DNA of 64,000 bases from positions 24,336 through 88,335 of IMG/VR virus record IMGVR_UViG_3300046703_000335, one strand, 5' to 3'. The translations under genes were made by a program, and so were the position numbers. This DNA comes from a virus. The notes under the pieces were generated by a model, which was not told the DNA's origin, searched no databases, and worked only from the letters and a program-made list of their open reading frames with translations. Below, in pieces: positions 10,464 through 21,117 of the stretch (its first letter is position 1; each line of letters begins with the position of its first letter).

Positions 10464-11225
10464 CTACATCTTATATCTTGGTTCAGGCTCATATGTATCT
10501 TGATTTACTATCTCATACGTAAATGGCCTACCATATCCAGCTTTACGTGGGTCAAGTGCTATCTGTTCAGGGGTATACCCCCAGTTAGTACATTGACCTG
10601 CATGATAACAAAAGATATTTTTACAGAATGCTACTTCCCAGCCATCTTCCCTCATCATCTTAGACACTAATCCATCATCCCCATAGGCTCCGAGTGCCTG
10701 ATCCATTCTTTTTATTACCCTGTCAATACTTTCTCTTCTTATCAATTTTAAGGTATTTCCTACAGCCCCTGCATAAACTACATCGTGTGATATACGGATA
10801 GGCATTTGTAATCCTTGTGGAGGTAACTGGGGAGCCAGCATCCCAATTTCTGGATGCTTATTCATTATGTCAATCATACAACTAAGCCAATCGGGGGATA
10901 GCTTTGGGGGATAGACATCATTATCGGTTACGCAGTAATATTCATCTGAGGATTCCACCATAGCATGGAATATTATTTTATTGTACCTGCAGCCGGTATT
11001 TCTACTATCAAGTACTACTGAATTAATAATTTTTGAATCTATATACTCATTTAAAATATCACGAGTATTTTTATCACTTCCATTGTCATATACATTTATT
11101 GAAAATGTTCCAGGAGTAGTTCTTTCTACAAGATATCCAATTGTTTTTTTTAAAAAATCTGATCTCAACCAACTAGTTATGTATATCTGAGTAGGTTTAC
11201 TTACCATTATATGTGTACTCCCCAA
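10464..11225 (-). CDS. Hypothetical protein (GT-A-like?)
   Basis: SINVYDNGSD and DNDV are weakly glycosyltransferase-like. Confidence 0.35.
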   Translation of the reverse strand: MGSTHIMVSKPTQIYITSWLRSDFLKKTIGYLVERTTPGTFSINVYDNGSDKNTRDILNEYIDSKIINSVVLDSRNTGCRYNKIIFHAMVESSDEYYCVTDNDVYPPKLSPDWLSCMIDIMNKHPEIGMLAPQLPPQGLQMPIRISHDVVYAGAVGNTLKLIRRESIDRVIKRMDQALGAYGDDGLVSKMMREDGWEVAFCKNIFCYHAGQCTNWGYTPEQIALDPRKAGYGRPFTYEIVNQDTYEPEPRYKM

Positions 11226-11892
11226 AATATTTAAGTTCTGCGTTTTTTCTTGCTTTTATAGCATCTGACAATTCATAAAAATACCCCAAGTGTATACTTT
11301 TCTTTTGTACCATAATATTAGCGTAATATTTACCTGTCTCTTTTTTCTTACCCACACCAGTTACACCTATTTTATTCTTAGCCACCCGCTTATTTTCACA
11401 ATTTCTATAGTGCTCACAAACCCTTAAATTTACTTTTCTATTATCTAAGGTATCATGATTAATATGATCTACATCATATTTACTATTGTAAATTCCCATT
11501 ATAATTCTGTGCATTCTCACTATCTTACCAGATATTTTGCATCTTGATACAGCGTATCCTTCCGGGCCCCTAACAGCCCATTTGTATTCCCTAATTTTAT
11601 CTAAATCCTCTTTGTCTACTATAGCAAATTTATTCTTAGTAAGAGGTATTTGGTAATAGTCCTCCATGTCTATTGGCTCCCATAATTTAATTGAGGCCTT
11701 TGAAATTTGATCTCTCATATAACAACCACATGAATTAGAATTACCCGATTTTAAGTTTGCTCCTTGCACAATTATTATCTTACCACAAGAGCATTGACAA
11801 TTCCAAAATGTGGCACCACTTTTTATACAAGCCAAGGATAGCACAGTTAATCTACCAAAGAGTAGGCCTTCTAACTTTAGCTTCTTAGACAT
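11197..11892 (-). CDS. HNH homing-endonuclease-like protein
   Basis: VDHINHDTLDNRKVNLRVC and CEHYRNCENK (HNH motif). Confidence 0.6.
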   Translation of the reverse strand: MSKKLKLEGLLFGRLTVLSLACIKSGATFWNCQCSCGKIIIVQGANLKSGNSNSCGCYMRDQISKASIKLWEPIDMEDYYQIPLTKNKFAIVDKEDLDKIREYKWAVRGPEGYAVSRCKISGKIVRMHRIIMGIYNSKYDVDHINHDTLDNRKVNLRVCEHYRNCENKRVAKNKIGVTGVGKKKETGKYYANIMVQKKSIHLGYFYELSDAIKARKNAELKYFGEYTYNGK

Positions 11893-12104
11893 GGAGTCAT
11901 CTCTATTCGATAAAAATTGGTTATATAAATGTTTATTATCATATATTGTCTTTCTAATATTAATTGATTATCATAAAGTGTGCACATGTGTGCTTGATCT
12001 ACACACTTATTTGATTAAATAAATTGGTTTCTTATTTTTAATAATAGATAACTACAACTAAATACTATAAGTTGTTAACTTGTAAATTTTTATTGATTAG
12101 TTTA

Positions 12105-12485
12105 CTATCTCCCAATACGTAATCGGACGGTAGCTATATGCCCTGTTACCTTATTGTTAAGTAATAACGGCATCTTGTCAAAATCTATATGAAATAACAC
12201 ATTAAATATATCACCTCTATATTTTCCGAGTATCTCCCTTTGTTCATTATAGAGTTTACTATTTTTTCTCTTTTGTTTAGCTATTAGTACCTCAAGATAA
12301 CCTTCGGATAGCGTCTTATAGTTTCTCTGGATTTCCTTAAGAATAACTCTAAGATCTTCTAAGGCAGTGCACTCATCACCAACGTCAAATGAGCTTATAC
12401 CTGTAAATGACTTTATGCTATTGCATGTCTCATTTAGCAAGATAGCAACTTCACCGTTCGAATAAATTATAGTAGGCTTATCCAT
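12105..12485 (-). CDS. Hypothetical protein
   Basis: ORF with minus-strand codon usage consistent with neighbours. Confidence 0.3.
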   Translation of the reverse strand: MDKPTIIYSNGEVAILLNETCNSIKSFTGISSFDVGDECTALEDLRVILKEIQRNYKTLSEGYLEVLIAKQKRKNSKLYNEQREILGKYRGDIFNVLFHIDFDKMPLLLNNKVTGHIATVRLRIGR

Positions 12486-12496
12486 TTATATACACC

Positions 12497-12982
12497 TTAA
12501 TATGAGCAGTATAACACGGAATATAATCCAAATCTACTTTCATCCCACAAGCCATGTGGCTCCAAAGTTCTTTTTAATTTTTCTTTTAATCCATTTATAT
12601 CCGGAATAGGAATGAATCCTTCTTCATCACCCCCATTGGAACTTCCTGTTCCCACTGCACAACCGAGATACCAACTGTCATTATCCGTACCAGATGCCAC
12701 ATCAAGACTCTCAGGAAATACAACAAGAGTCTGCCCCTCTTCTAAATCGCTTACATCGTCATCTAAATTATAAACATAAGCGGGATAATCTGCTTCTATC
12801 TCCTCTTTTTCATTCAGCCATAACTTACGACCATCTTTAGGATGAAATTCCATTTCACCATCATCTGTGTATGTATGCTTAAATGCCCTTTTTCTTACAG
12901 GTATTTTAGCTCTTGGTATTTTCTCTTCATCAATTAATAACCGTACTCCTATAATCGCTTTTGAGTAATAATCTGCTCCCAT
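12497..12982 (-). CDS. Hypothetical protein
   Basis: ORF only. Confidence 0.3.
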   Translation of the reverse strand: MGADYYSKAIIGVRLLIDEEKIPRAKIPVRKRAFKHTYTDDGEMEFHPKDGRKLWLNEKEEIEADYPAYVYNLDDDVSDLEEGQTLVVFPESLDVASGTDNDSWYLGCAVGTGSSNGGDEEGFIPIPDINGLKEKLKRTLEPHGLWDESRFGLYSVLYCSY

Positions 12983-13018
12983 TACTTTGTACTCCTTTCT
13001 ATATGCTATTAGTTACAA

Positions 13019-13414
13019 TCAATTTCCATCAATATTAGAATTATCTAATTCATCAATATCTTCTTCCATGATTGCTCTGGGATCTTCTATTACTTCCTCT
13101 ATTATCCCTGAAAAACCTGTGGTCTCTTTAACTTCTCGATCATTAGCTAATACCATTCTTGGTTCAAGGATATCTTTTCGGTACTGCTCCTGATTGTATA
13201 AATAAAATTGAACTGCAGTGTTTAAAGCACTGGCAATTTCCATAGCTTCACACGGGGTCATATATATAGAAGTCTTTTTTCCTTCTATTTCTGTAAAGTT
13301 AAGTTTAAGAACATCACATTTAGGCTGTCCCTCATCTTCAGGAAAAAGAGTAACAGATAACTGTTCATTTATCTCCATATCCATCCGATCTTTAATAATC
13401 TCTGGTAATTGCAT
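13019..13414 (-). CDS. Hypothetical acidic protein
   Basis: ORF only. Confidence 0.3.
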   Translation of the reverse strand: MQLPEIIKDRMDMEINEQLSVTLFPEDEGQPKCDVLKLNFTEIEGKKTSIYMTPCEAMEIASALNTAVQFYLYNQEQYRKDILEPRMVLANDREVKETTGFSGIIEEVIEDPRAIMEEDIDELDNSNIDGN

Positions 13415-13424
13415 ACCTTCTCCT

Positions 13425-14222
13425 TTATAAATATTTGTCCAACCCTAAAATTGATTTTTTTTCTGATAAATCTTCTAATATTGGAACCTCTTCAACCCAT
13501 CGTTCAGTGTAACTTCGATCCTGTGATATAATTGGCATATCAAGATCAACTACCCACTTATTCCTGACAACACACCCAACCGGATAAGTAATCTTAAATG
13601 CTGATGTCCCTCTTTTATATGAAGTCTCTATATCATTCCAGTTGATACCCAATTGAAGCATTAACATATCCTGTTTTTGACTTCCATTTTTACCCATAAG
13701 TTGCTTATGTGAAAAATGTGCCATAGCCACTTGAGAGACTGAATTTTTTTCACAATCTCTTTCTCGCCAAATAAAATAGTTGGTAACTTCTTCCTTTGGG
13801 AGATTCCAGGCACGGGCGTCAAATATCGCAGGACCCTTTTTCTTGTATTGCTCTGGAAGATATGTCAAGCAAGCATGGTTAAACGCCGCAGTGCATATAG
13901 AAGCAGCCACGCTCTCAATCTTATTCGCCCTATTATCAAACCACGCCTCAGTACCTATACTTTGATAATCACACATTAATATGGATATCTCATCACTTTG
14001 ACAATATCCGAGTCTGGCACCCTCAATTTCACTACAGGTCTTTACCATAGCATAGTTCATGCACTTTTTTAGGTTACTATCAAACGGTCTAACTAAACCC
14101 CTTGTCCATGTATGAAATGCCTTTCCGTCAATTCTTAGCATAATGGGAATTCTGCGAACTAATAAACGAAATGCACGTTGCTCATAATCCTTCATGCGAT
14201 CCCCAAGAGAATCCTTACTCAT
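13425..14222 (-). CDS. Thg1-like protein (tRNA-His guanylyltransferase family, 3'-5' nucleotidyltransferase)
   Basis: N-terminus MKDYEQRAF..RIDGKAFHTW matches the Thg1/TLP signature (MKDYE .. R.DG.AFH). Confidence 0.7.
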   Translation of the reverse strand: MSKDSLGDRMKDYEQRAFRLLVRRIPIMLRIDGKAFHTWTRGLVRPFDSNLKKCMNYAMVKTCSEIEGARLGYCQSDEISILMCDYQSIGTEAWFDNRANKIESVAASICTAAFNHACLTYLPEQYKKKGPAIFDARAWNLPKEEVTNYFIWRERDCEKNSVSQVAMAHFSHKQLMGKNGSQKQDMLMLQLGINWNDIETSYKRGTSAFKITYPVGCVVRNKWVVDLDMPIISQDRSYTERWVEEVPILEDLSEKKSILGLDKYL

Positions 14223-14869
14223 TTTATCTCCTCAATACCTCTAAAAGCATTTTTTGTAATTGCTTCATATATAATCCTGAATCTTACAATTATAATCCGT
14301 AGGACTTTACCAACAAAGTCATCAATTAATGACCAAATAGCGGATATAGGCCAATAAAGTACCCAATGTGATATAGTCTTCTTATGCTGAATAGCTTTGG
14401 GGATTTCTCTATTACCATAACCATAATGTCTAAGCCAATCATCCTGCATATTATATGGAACATTAGTATCGAGAGTTATTTCTGGTGGACCACCCGCGTC
14501 ACTATATCTTTTTCCCAGGTCTTCTTTTCGGGATAAGAGCCATGCACATCTTTTTTCTTTATATGCAATAGCTTTCTTATTTACAAAAAGCCACCACTTA
14601 ACAAAAGACCAAAGAAATCCTATTATTATATACACAAGGATAAATATAAGAGTCCTCACTGGGTGTGAAACTACTCCATCAAAAATATTATTTTTTATTG
14701 TGAAGTTAAGAAATAAAATGTATAACAGGATATTAATTCCTGACCACACTATAAATTCTTTTTCTACCCAATAAAATAGGATAATAATCCAAAGTGTGGT
14801 AAGTATAATAGACCATACACTACCAAAGGCAAGATAAGCCCCCACTGCTTCCATAAAAATACCTCCCAT
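14219..14869 (-). CDS. Multi-pass membrane protein
   Basis: Several hydrophobic helices. Confidence 0.35.
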   Translation of the reverse strand: MGGIFMEAVGAYLAFGSVWSIILTTLWIIILFYWVEKEFIVWSGINILLYILFLNFTIKNNIFDGVVSHPVRTLIFILVYIIIGFLWSFVKWWLFVNKKAIAYKEKRCAWLLSRKEDLGKRYSDAGGPPEITLDTNVPYNMQDDWLRHYGYGNREIPKAIQHKKTISHWVLYWPISAIWSLIDDFVGKVLRIIIVRFRIIYEAITKNAFRGIEEIK

Positions 14870-14897
14870 AAAAAATTCCTCTAATTTTATATACTAT

Positions 14898-15185
14898 CTA
14901 AATAGAATAAGATGCATCTCTCGCTTTTTGATTGATACATCTGCCAATATCATTTGAGCATGCCAGCCCCATTATCCCAGAAGTTACTGTAGAACAGACA
15001 TCCTTATTAATGCAATCTTCTGGAAATTTTAATCTTTTTTTAGGAGCTATCCCCAGTTCTTTTTGTCTATTATATATCAGATTCCTAAGAGCATAGCATT
15101 CAAGTTCCTTAACCCTAAGTTCCTCCTGCATTGCGATAAGATCACAGTGACATGAATCATATCCCCCACACTTTGAACAAGCCAT
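14898..15185 (-). CDS. Cys-rich small protein
   Basis: CSKCGGYDSCHCD. Confidence 0.3.
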   Translation of the reverse strand: MACSKCGGYDSCHCDLIAMQEELRVKELECYALRNLIYNRQKELGIAPKKRLKFPEDCINKDVCSTVTSGIMGLACSNDIGRCINQKARDASYSI

Positions 15186-15198
15186 GTATAACTCTTTC

Positions 15199-15888
15199 CT
15201 ATATTATATCTGAGACATCAATATCCAGAACACCCTCATTATCTATAGTGTCAGCAAGTATAACCTGCTTAATATTCTTACAATATTCATATGCCTTTAA
15301 AATATCTTTTAATACTACCTTGTCGTACTCACTTAAGCACACGTCATTAAATTTTGGAGCAGTTCGCATCACATATGATGGATGGTATGTTGACATAGCG
15401 TTTATATGCCCAAATATCTCATTTGAGAAATTAGATATTTTTCCATGTTCTATTACCATCGCTCCAGACTGAGGAAAAAACGCTGACTTAGAAGCATTTC
15501 CTAAAAGAACAATAATACCAAGACCACGTTTTTTAAGTTCCGCTATATCTTTATAAAGATGCTTCAGACAATGTTTGTATTCCTGTGGAGTTGGTATCCT
15601 ATTACCATCCGGGTTATCTCTTATCGTATTGGAAAAAGCTACTCCAATATGTTTTTTTAGCTTTTTACGAATGAATAGAACTTGCTGACGAAGTCGTGAG
15701 CCTGCTCTCCCAATAAATGGTCTTCCTACTTTTCTTTCATCCGATCCCCCACCTTGACCAATAAATAATATGGACACCTTACCTTCTATATCAGGATGAC
15801 ATTCTGTGGGAAGAAAGCAGCATCTTGAAAAAGCAGGACAACTGTTTTCTATACAGGTACATTTCATAAGTTCGTGTTCAATTACCAT
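15199..15888 (-). CDS. Uracil-DNA glycosylase, family 4 (Fe-S type)
   Basis: Cys cluster at N-terminus. ILFIGQGGGSDE..GRPFIGRAGSRL matches the family 4 UDG motifs (GEAPG..GxPFvG.AG). Confidence 0.7.
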   Translation of the reverse strand: MVIEHELMKCTCIENSCPAFSRCCFLPTECHPDIEGKVSILFIGQGGGSDERKVGRPFIGRAGSRLRQQVLFIRKKLKKHIGVAFSNTIRDNPDGNRIPTPQEYKHCLKHLYKDIAELKKRGLGIIVLLGNASKSAFFPQSGAMVIEHGKISNFSNEIFGHINAMSTYHPSYVMRTAPKFNDVCLSEYDKVVLKDILKAYEYCKNIKQVILADTIDNEGVLDIDVSDII

Positions 15889-15894
15889 AGATAT

Positions 15895-17526
15895 CTATTC
15901 GAAAGAGTGTTTTGCATAAGGTGTTTGTGGAGATGGAACTTTTTCAGATTTTTCATATCCCTTGCTAATTTCCACGGTATCCTCAGAAGTATACCTAAAA
16001 GGATCAGTCCCACCAAAGTTACATTCCCTCAGGGCTTTTTTTGATTCTTCAAGGCTCTTAATACTCTCTTCTATAGCTTCATTTGTTAACATATTGTCAA
16101 AGAGTAATGACTTTTCTACTATTTCACAAATATCTGCTTGAGTAAACTTTTTTACGATAATGTCATTTAAAAGCTGCTTATTAATGTACGTAAAAGATAT
16201 GAAATCTTCTGTTAAATCAGGATCACCTTTTTTATTCTTATCATACCGGCACTTCAATATCTCATATACTTCCTCTATATCTTGAGGAGTTTTTACCATA
16301 ATAACTTCATCAAATCTACCAGGTCTATTTATAAGAGAATAATGGACAAGGCTAGTATCATTAACAGTAGCTAATAAAACAATATTTAATGTGTTATCTA
16401 CATCATCGATTTGTTCAAGAAATTCTCCAAGAGATTGGTGCTTATCTTTAAGTTCACATGAATCAAGATCCTCAATAACCACCACACAGGGTTGTATGTA
16501 TCGAATTGTTTGAAAGGTCTCTTTTACAACTGAGGAGGTAATAAAACAATTGGGGCTTATATATACAACAGGATATTCTGTTATTGTAGTCTCCAGACAA
16601 TGTATAATTGTAGATTTACCCGTACCCGGAACACCCACAAAAACAAAACCTCGCTTTTTCTTTCTTTTTAGCACTTTTCTAATCTCTGAAGATAATTTAC
16701 TTGTGCTAAATTGCTTTGGTTTTTCTACAATCTCCTGTCTAGGATATGTACTTAAATCATTTGCAGATAAAAGTATAACATTATTACTCACATCAAAGTG
16801 TTCTATGAATTCCCGATAAATAAAACTTTTTAATTCTTTAATTTTTGACATATTATCTCTTGATGTATATATGTCAGAAAATCTGATATAGTGATCTCCT
16901 TCAGATGTCATGTAGCTCCTAACCATCCAGGCAAACTTAACATCTTTTACTTCAAATATTGTTATTAATGTGCTATCATCTTCTCTGTATATATCAGGTA
17001 AAATCTGTAAATTTTCATATTTATAATAACCCAGTATATTAAAAAATTTAGTCTTGGGTCTTTGAAGAAGCCATCTTGTAACCTCACTACCCAGTGTAAA
17101 ACACTCACTATCTAAAAAAACGTTATTATCAGTTATGCCAAAGAGCTCTTTAACTTTTTCTACAGATTCATTGCATATTATCTCCTTACCAGCCTTAATA
17201 GCTAAATACCTTTTAACTTTTGATGCTAATTCTGTGATTAGCATAGTTGCGGGAATACCATATTTCAATAAGGTAAGCATAGCTTGATATCTTTTATTAT
17301 TTTTCTTAAACCTCTTTAATAAATCAATTGAATTATCTGCTATATCAAGAACAAATTCAAGACTCCCATATTCTTGTAACAGAAATTGAAAGAACTTAAC
17401 ATTCTGCGAATATCCTGCTGTAACGGGGGCCTCATTTACCTTGGCTTGATTATTCGAACTTTTGAATCTTCGTATATTACTCATATTGTATATAACTTTC
17501 CTATTTTCCGAATGTCCCTTTACCAT
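15895..17526 (-). CDS. AAA+ ATPase
   Basis: Walker A GFVFVGVPGTGKST, Walker B VVVIEDLD, sensor NRPGRFDEV. Confidence 0.6.
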   Translation of the reverse strand: MVKGHSENRKVIYNMSNIRRFKSSNNQAKVNEAPVTAGYSQNVKFFQFLLQEYGSLEFVLDIADNSIDLLKRFKKNNKRYQAMLTLLKYGIPATMLITELASKVKRYLAIKAGKEIICNESVEKVKELFGITDNNVFLDSECFTLGSEVTRWLLQRPKTKFFNILGYYKYENLQILPDIYREDDSTLITIFEVKDVKFAWMVRSYMTSEGDHYIRFSDIYTSRDNMSKIKELKSFIYREFIEHFDVSNNVILLSANDLSTYPRQEIVEKPKQFSTSKLSSEIRKVLKRKKKRGFVFVGVPGTGKSTIIHCLETTITEYPVVYISPNCFITSSVVKETFQTIRYIQPCVVVIEDLDSCELKDKHQSLGEFLEQIDDVDNTLNIVLLATVNDTSLVHYSLINRPGRFDEVIMVKTPQDIEEVYEILKCRYDKNKKGDPDLTEDFISFTYINKQLLNDIIVKKFTQADICEIVEKSLLFDNMLTNEAIEESIKSLEESKKALRECNFGGTDPFRYTSEDTVEISKGYEKSEKVPSPQTPYAKHSFE

Positions 17527-17627
17527 ATTTTTTCTTAGTAGGATCTTTTTTAACAGGTTCCTTATCCTCTGTAAAATCCTTCTTAAGATCTATTTTCATC
17601 TGCTGTCTTATTCTCTTTTTCTCTTCT

Positions 17628-18089
17628 TCAGTTCTCATTCCAATTTAATGCTCCTATACCATCTTCAAGTTCTTTGGTCACTTCTATTACAGTAAGGCTA
17701 TCCCGTGCAAAGCCACTATGAATCACATTGGCGATCTTTAATGTATTTTCACTGTTTAACCACCAATCATCTTCACCACGGAACTTCACATGTCCTTTTA
17801 CAAAAAGAGCTTCCTTATACTGACTTAGTGAATATAAAGGAGTCCCATCACAATCTCGATCGTGGCTTATTACCCATAATCTGGCATGTATCTTTTCACA
17901 ACTACCCCCACCATGCCATTTATCAAACTTAACTTCTACTAAAGATCCAATAGGAATATCGTGAACTATATCGAGATTGTTCTCTCGAATAGTCCTCCCA
18001 TTTTCTTCGATAATGTCCGCTATATTAATTGCTATCGCAGGTATTGTTTGTGGGTTCGGAGGGCTCACAAGGTGCCTCCGAAGCAGCAT
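17628..18089 (-). CDS. Hypothetical protein
   Basis: ORF only. Confidence 0.3.
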   Translation of the reverse strand: MLLRRHLVSPPNPQTIPAIAINIADIIEENGRTIRENNLDIVHDIPIGSLVEVKFDKWHGGGSCEKIHARLWVISHDRDCDGTPLYSLSQYKEALFVKGHVKFRGEDDWWLNSENTLKIANVIHSGFARDSLTVIEVTKELEDGIGALNWNEN

Positions 18090-18540
18090 AGGACTTGTCG
18101 CATTTTTTTGAGTTCCTTCTTATCTTATATAATTTTATTTTGAGTTTAAGATCCTTAATTGCGTAAATGATACAAAATTTTAGAGTACCAAAAAGAATCC
18201 GGAGTACATTAAACTTTTTAGCTTCAAGAATTCTAATTTTTTCATTATCATGAAGCTTCCATCCTATCGAATCAAAATCTATCCTATATTCATTACCCCG
18301 CCAGGTATCCTCCTCTTTAAGAAGATCTGTCTTATGTGGGGCATGCCCATTATATGAAATTATTGGTCTGAAATCCCCATCCCCATCAGCAAAAAAAGAT
18401 GTCCATCGACTGCAACCGGCACTACCTAATTGTTGCCAGGTAGCCAACAGATCTTCTAATGCCATAGACTGCTGTATAGATAGATTTTTTATTAAGATTA
18501 CAGAATCAAACTTTTTACCTTTTAAACTATTTTTTTTCAT
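18025..18540 (-). CDS. Hypothetical protein
   Basis: ORF only. Confidence 0.3.
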   Translation of the reverse strand: MKKNSLKGKKFDSVILIKNLSIQQSMALEDLLATWQQLGSAGCSRWTSFFADGDGDFRPIISYNGHAPHKTDLLKEEDTWRGNEYRIDFDSIGWKLHDNEKIRILEAKKFNVLRILFGTLKFCIIYAIKDLKLKIKLYKIRRNSKKCDKSYAASEAPCEPSEPTNNTCDSN

Positions 18541-19061
18541 TTAATCAAACTCGTTCCACCAAATAGAGCATAACTTGTCAGTATTGATGTAGCTATACCT
18601 GCCGCAAAACCAATATATCCCATATTTTTTTCAAGCCAACTCCGCTCGGATTTCTTCTCCAGCTTCACAATCTTATCCTGGTATAACGTCTCAGCTGCTT
18701 TAGCCTTGCTATAATATTCTGACATTAAATACTTCGTATATTTAAGTTCCGTCTGCTGACGCTCCCAGGAAGCTTTATAAAAGGAGTAGAGCATCGCTTT
18801 ACGATCACTTATTAGGACTCCTGGAGGCACTACCATAGAGTCTTTCTTTGTCATTCTAAGCATCCCGCCATCAAGAGGGATAGAGACAAAATCTTTTAGG
18901 GTAGAATCAACTACCCTATTAGTATCATCAAGATGAAAAGGTTGAATGCTATCAATGTTAAGATATGCAGGCATGAAGCTATACCCAAGAGGAGATTCTT
19001 TCATTTCTTTAGTAGTACAGGAAGTCAGGAGCAATACAAAAATAAAAATAGTATTCTTCAT
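18537..19061 (-). CDS. Putative lipoprotein
   Basis: Signal peptide with lipobox: MKNTIFIFVLLLTSC. Confidence 0.45.
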   Translation of the reverse strand: MKNTIFIFVLLLTSCTTKEMKESPLGYSFMPAYLNIDSIQPFHLDDTNRVVDSTLKDFVSIPLDGGMLRMTKKDSMVVPPGVLISDRKAMLYSFYKASWERQQTELKYTKYLMSEYYSKAKAAETLYQDKIVKLEKKSERSWLEKNMGYIGFAAGIATSILTSYALFGGTSLIK

Positions 19062-19066
19062 GATTA

Positions 19067-19459
19067 TTACCCTATCATTGCTGCTAAACGTTTACGACGC
19101 TCTGATGTATCCTCAATCTGCTTAATTCCCTCAAGCTGTTTGATTGTCTCTTCATTCTTATTTTTAGCTGCGGATATCTCGATTGCAGTTTCCATTTGGA
19201 CCTCTACAAGCTTGTCCTTAAGATTCTCAATAGATTTACTCGTATCATCATTTGGTTTATCACCGGATGACGATTTGATATCCGTTTTACCTTTTGAATC
19301 AGCAATGATTTTAAGTATTATAAGAATTGCCAGAGGAGCGAGAATTATAAAATACTTCCAGTTACTCTTAACGAAGGTAGTATTTCGAAAAATTATAAGA
19401 AGTATTCCGATTATAAGTATCCCAAATAGTGATAGCCATTCCCAGGACATAATCACCAC
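19067..19459 (-). CDS. Small membrane protein with coiled coil
   Basis: N-terminal TM helix, charged C-terminal half. Confidence 0.35.
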   Translation of the reverse strand: MVIMSWEWLSLFGILIIGILLIIFRNTTFVKSNWKYFIILAPLAILIILKIIADSKGKTDIKSSSGDKPNDDTSKSIENLKDKLVEVQMETAIEISAAKNKNEETIKQLEGIKQIEDTSERRKRLAAMIG

Positions 19460-19548
19460 CTTTCAGCTATAAAATGAAAAAGTGCCGAGAATCTTATGAC
19501 TCCGACACTGTAACATAATAACTGACAAAGATTATTTAAACCTAAATT

Positions 19549-20664
19549 TTAATTTTCTTCAAGAATTCTTTTTAATCGAGTAGAACACTCTACAGAATCC
19601 GGCAGGGTATTAAAGTTGGGACGAACTCTCCGGTGGATATTTTTCCATAGTTTAAGACTATTTCCCTTATGATAATACATAAGATCTGAGACAAGATCTG
19701 GATATCGCTCAGTTACCATAAAAAACAAAGTTTTATGGCTTATGTCCGCAGGAATATCTTTCATAACTTCCTCATAAGTTTCCTTAACCCTAATATAGTC
19801 ATTATGGTGGATATCGTATATCTGCCGATACAAGAGGTCTGTAAGCTCTCTAAACTCTTCGGGTACCTCTGCTATGAAACTACGGGGGATATCCGCTTTA
19901 TCGAAGTCCCAGGCACCCCAGAATGATAGTAGAGTCATATGTGATAGAATTCTATGAATTTTACAGTATTCTGATCCCTTAACCTTAATCTTAAGACCAT
20001 TGTGGAAAGTAATAACAAAACCCTCCTCAGTCGCCGGTAGAGTCTTACAATAAGCATATAACTCATCCAGGCTATTGAACTCTACAGCCTCTACCACAGT
20101 GGCTCCTATGCGCTTTCCTTCCTCTTTAAGGGAGGTGTAGGATATCTCTTCTCCGGTTTCATTATTGATGACACCTAAAAGTATCAAATCCTCTGTATCA
20201 CCATAGTCTATTACAATTTTATTTTCTGGATAGACCATCTCAAAAAGATATGTATGCCCTTTAAGCATTTCTGTTGACCTTATATGCTTCCGGAACCATA
20301 TAGTAGCCCACTGCGCCTGATCTGATAAGAAAGATCCCTTGGTCGCTATATAATCTTGACCTTCATATCTAAAGTAAATCGCTAAGCTACCGTCAATCTT
20401 CTTAAGGGAAATAAAAGGCTTCTTCGCCAAGTCACAAAGATCAATCTTACCCATAAGCTCGGAGGCATTAAAGAATTTCTTAAAGGAACGTGAAACCACC
20501 TCTCCAGTGATCCTATTAAATATGATACCCCGTGCAGCCATAGTGATATCATCCCAATGCCCGTCATATTGACATTCCCGTGAATAGCAAAAAAGAACAA
20601 GATCATTCCACTCAGTATGTCTGACATAAGGATGGTCATAAAATTTCTTAATATCAAAAGTCAT
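19549..20664 (-). CDS. ATP-dependent RNA ligase (Rnl-type KxDG nucleotidyltransferase)
   Basis: KKIDGSLAI motif I (KxDG). N-terminal segment and size resemble the T4 Rnl / PF09414 family. A separate NAD-dependent DNA ligase is present in this window. Confidence 0.5.
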   Translation of the reverse strand: MTFDIKKFYDHPYVRHTEWNDLVLFCYSRECQYDGHWDDITMAARGIIFNRITGEVVSRSFKKFFNASELMGKIDLCDLAKKPFISLKKIDGSLAIYFRYEGQDYIATKGSFLSDQAQWATIWFRKHIRSTEMLKGHTYLFEMVYPENKIVIDYGDTEDLILLGVINNETGEEISYTSLKEEGKRIGATVVEAVEFNSLDELYAYCKTLPATEEGFVITFHNGLKIKVKGSEYCKIHRILSHMTLLSFWGAWDFDKADIPRSFIAEVPEEFRELTDLLYRQIYDIHHNDYIRVKETYEEVMKDIPADISHKTLFFMVTERYPDLVSDLMYYHKGNSLKLWKNIHRRVRPNFNTLPDSVECSTRLKRILEEN

Positions 20665-21116
20665 GGTATATACTCCAGTGCGTATTTTGCAAATTCAGGA
20701 AAGTCATGTATTATTAAAGGTAAATCTTGCTTATTTTGCCCATAAGACATCATAAAGGGAAGAGCTCTTTTACAAAATATATCTGAATTAACCTTGTTAA
20801 AGGGATCACTTTGTGCCCCATCGCTATATTCATCACCTTCACAAAAAACAAATCTATAGATATATTCATCAGTTATTTCATCTTTTTCCCAGTACTTTTT
20901 TAGAGACCCCAGCCCAATAGTGTAAAATTCTACATAGTATATATGATCAATGCAATAATGCAGCTGTACCCCATTCTGACCGTACTGAGCAGATCTGTAT
21001 AGCTCTTCAAAGTACAAAATATTCTTAGGGAATATCTGAAACATAAACATAACCTTATCCTCATAAGACATGGCATCTATTTTAAGTAGATCTTCATGAT
21101 TTATAATTCTGCTCAT
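20661..21116 (-). CDS. Hypothetical protein
   Basis: ORF only. Confidence 0.3.
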   Translation of the reverse strand: MSRIINHEDLLKIDAMSYEDKVMFMFQIFPKNILYFEELYRSAQYGQNGVQLHYCIDHIYYVEFYTIGLGSLKKYWEKDEITDEYIYRFVFCEGDEYSDGAQSDPFNKVNSDIFCKRALPFMMSYGQNKQDLPLIIHDFPEFAKYALEYIP

Positions 21117-21117
21117 A

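Noticed and set aside
20382-20657. Nested minus-strand ORFs, including 20382-20657, 31609-31830 and 40092-40385
   Set aside because: Alternate frames within better-supported genes. No independent evidence.
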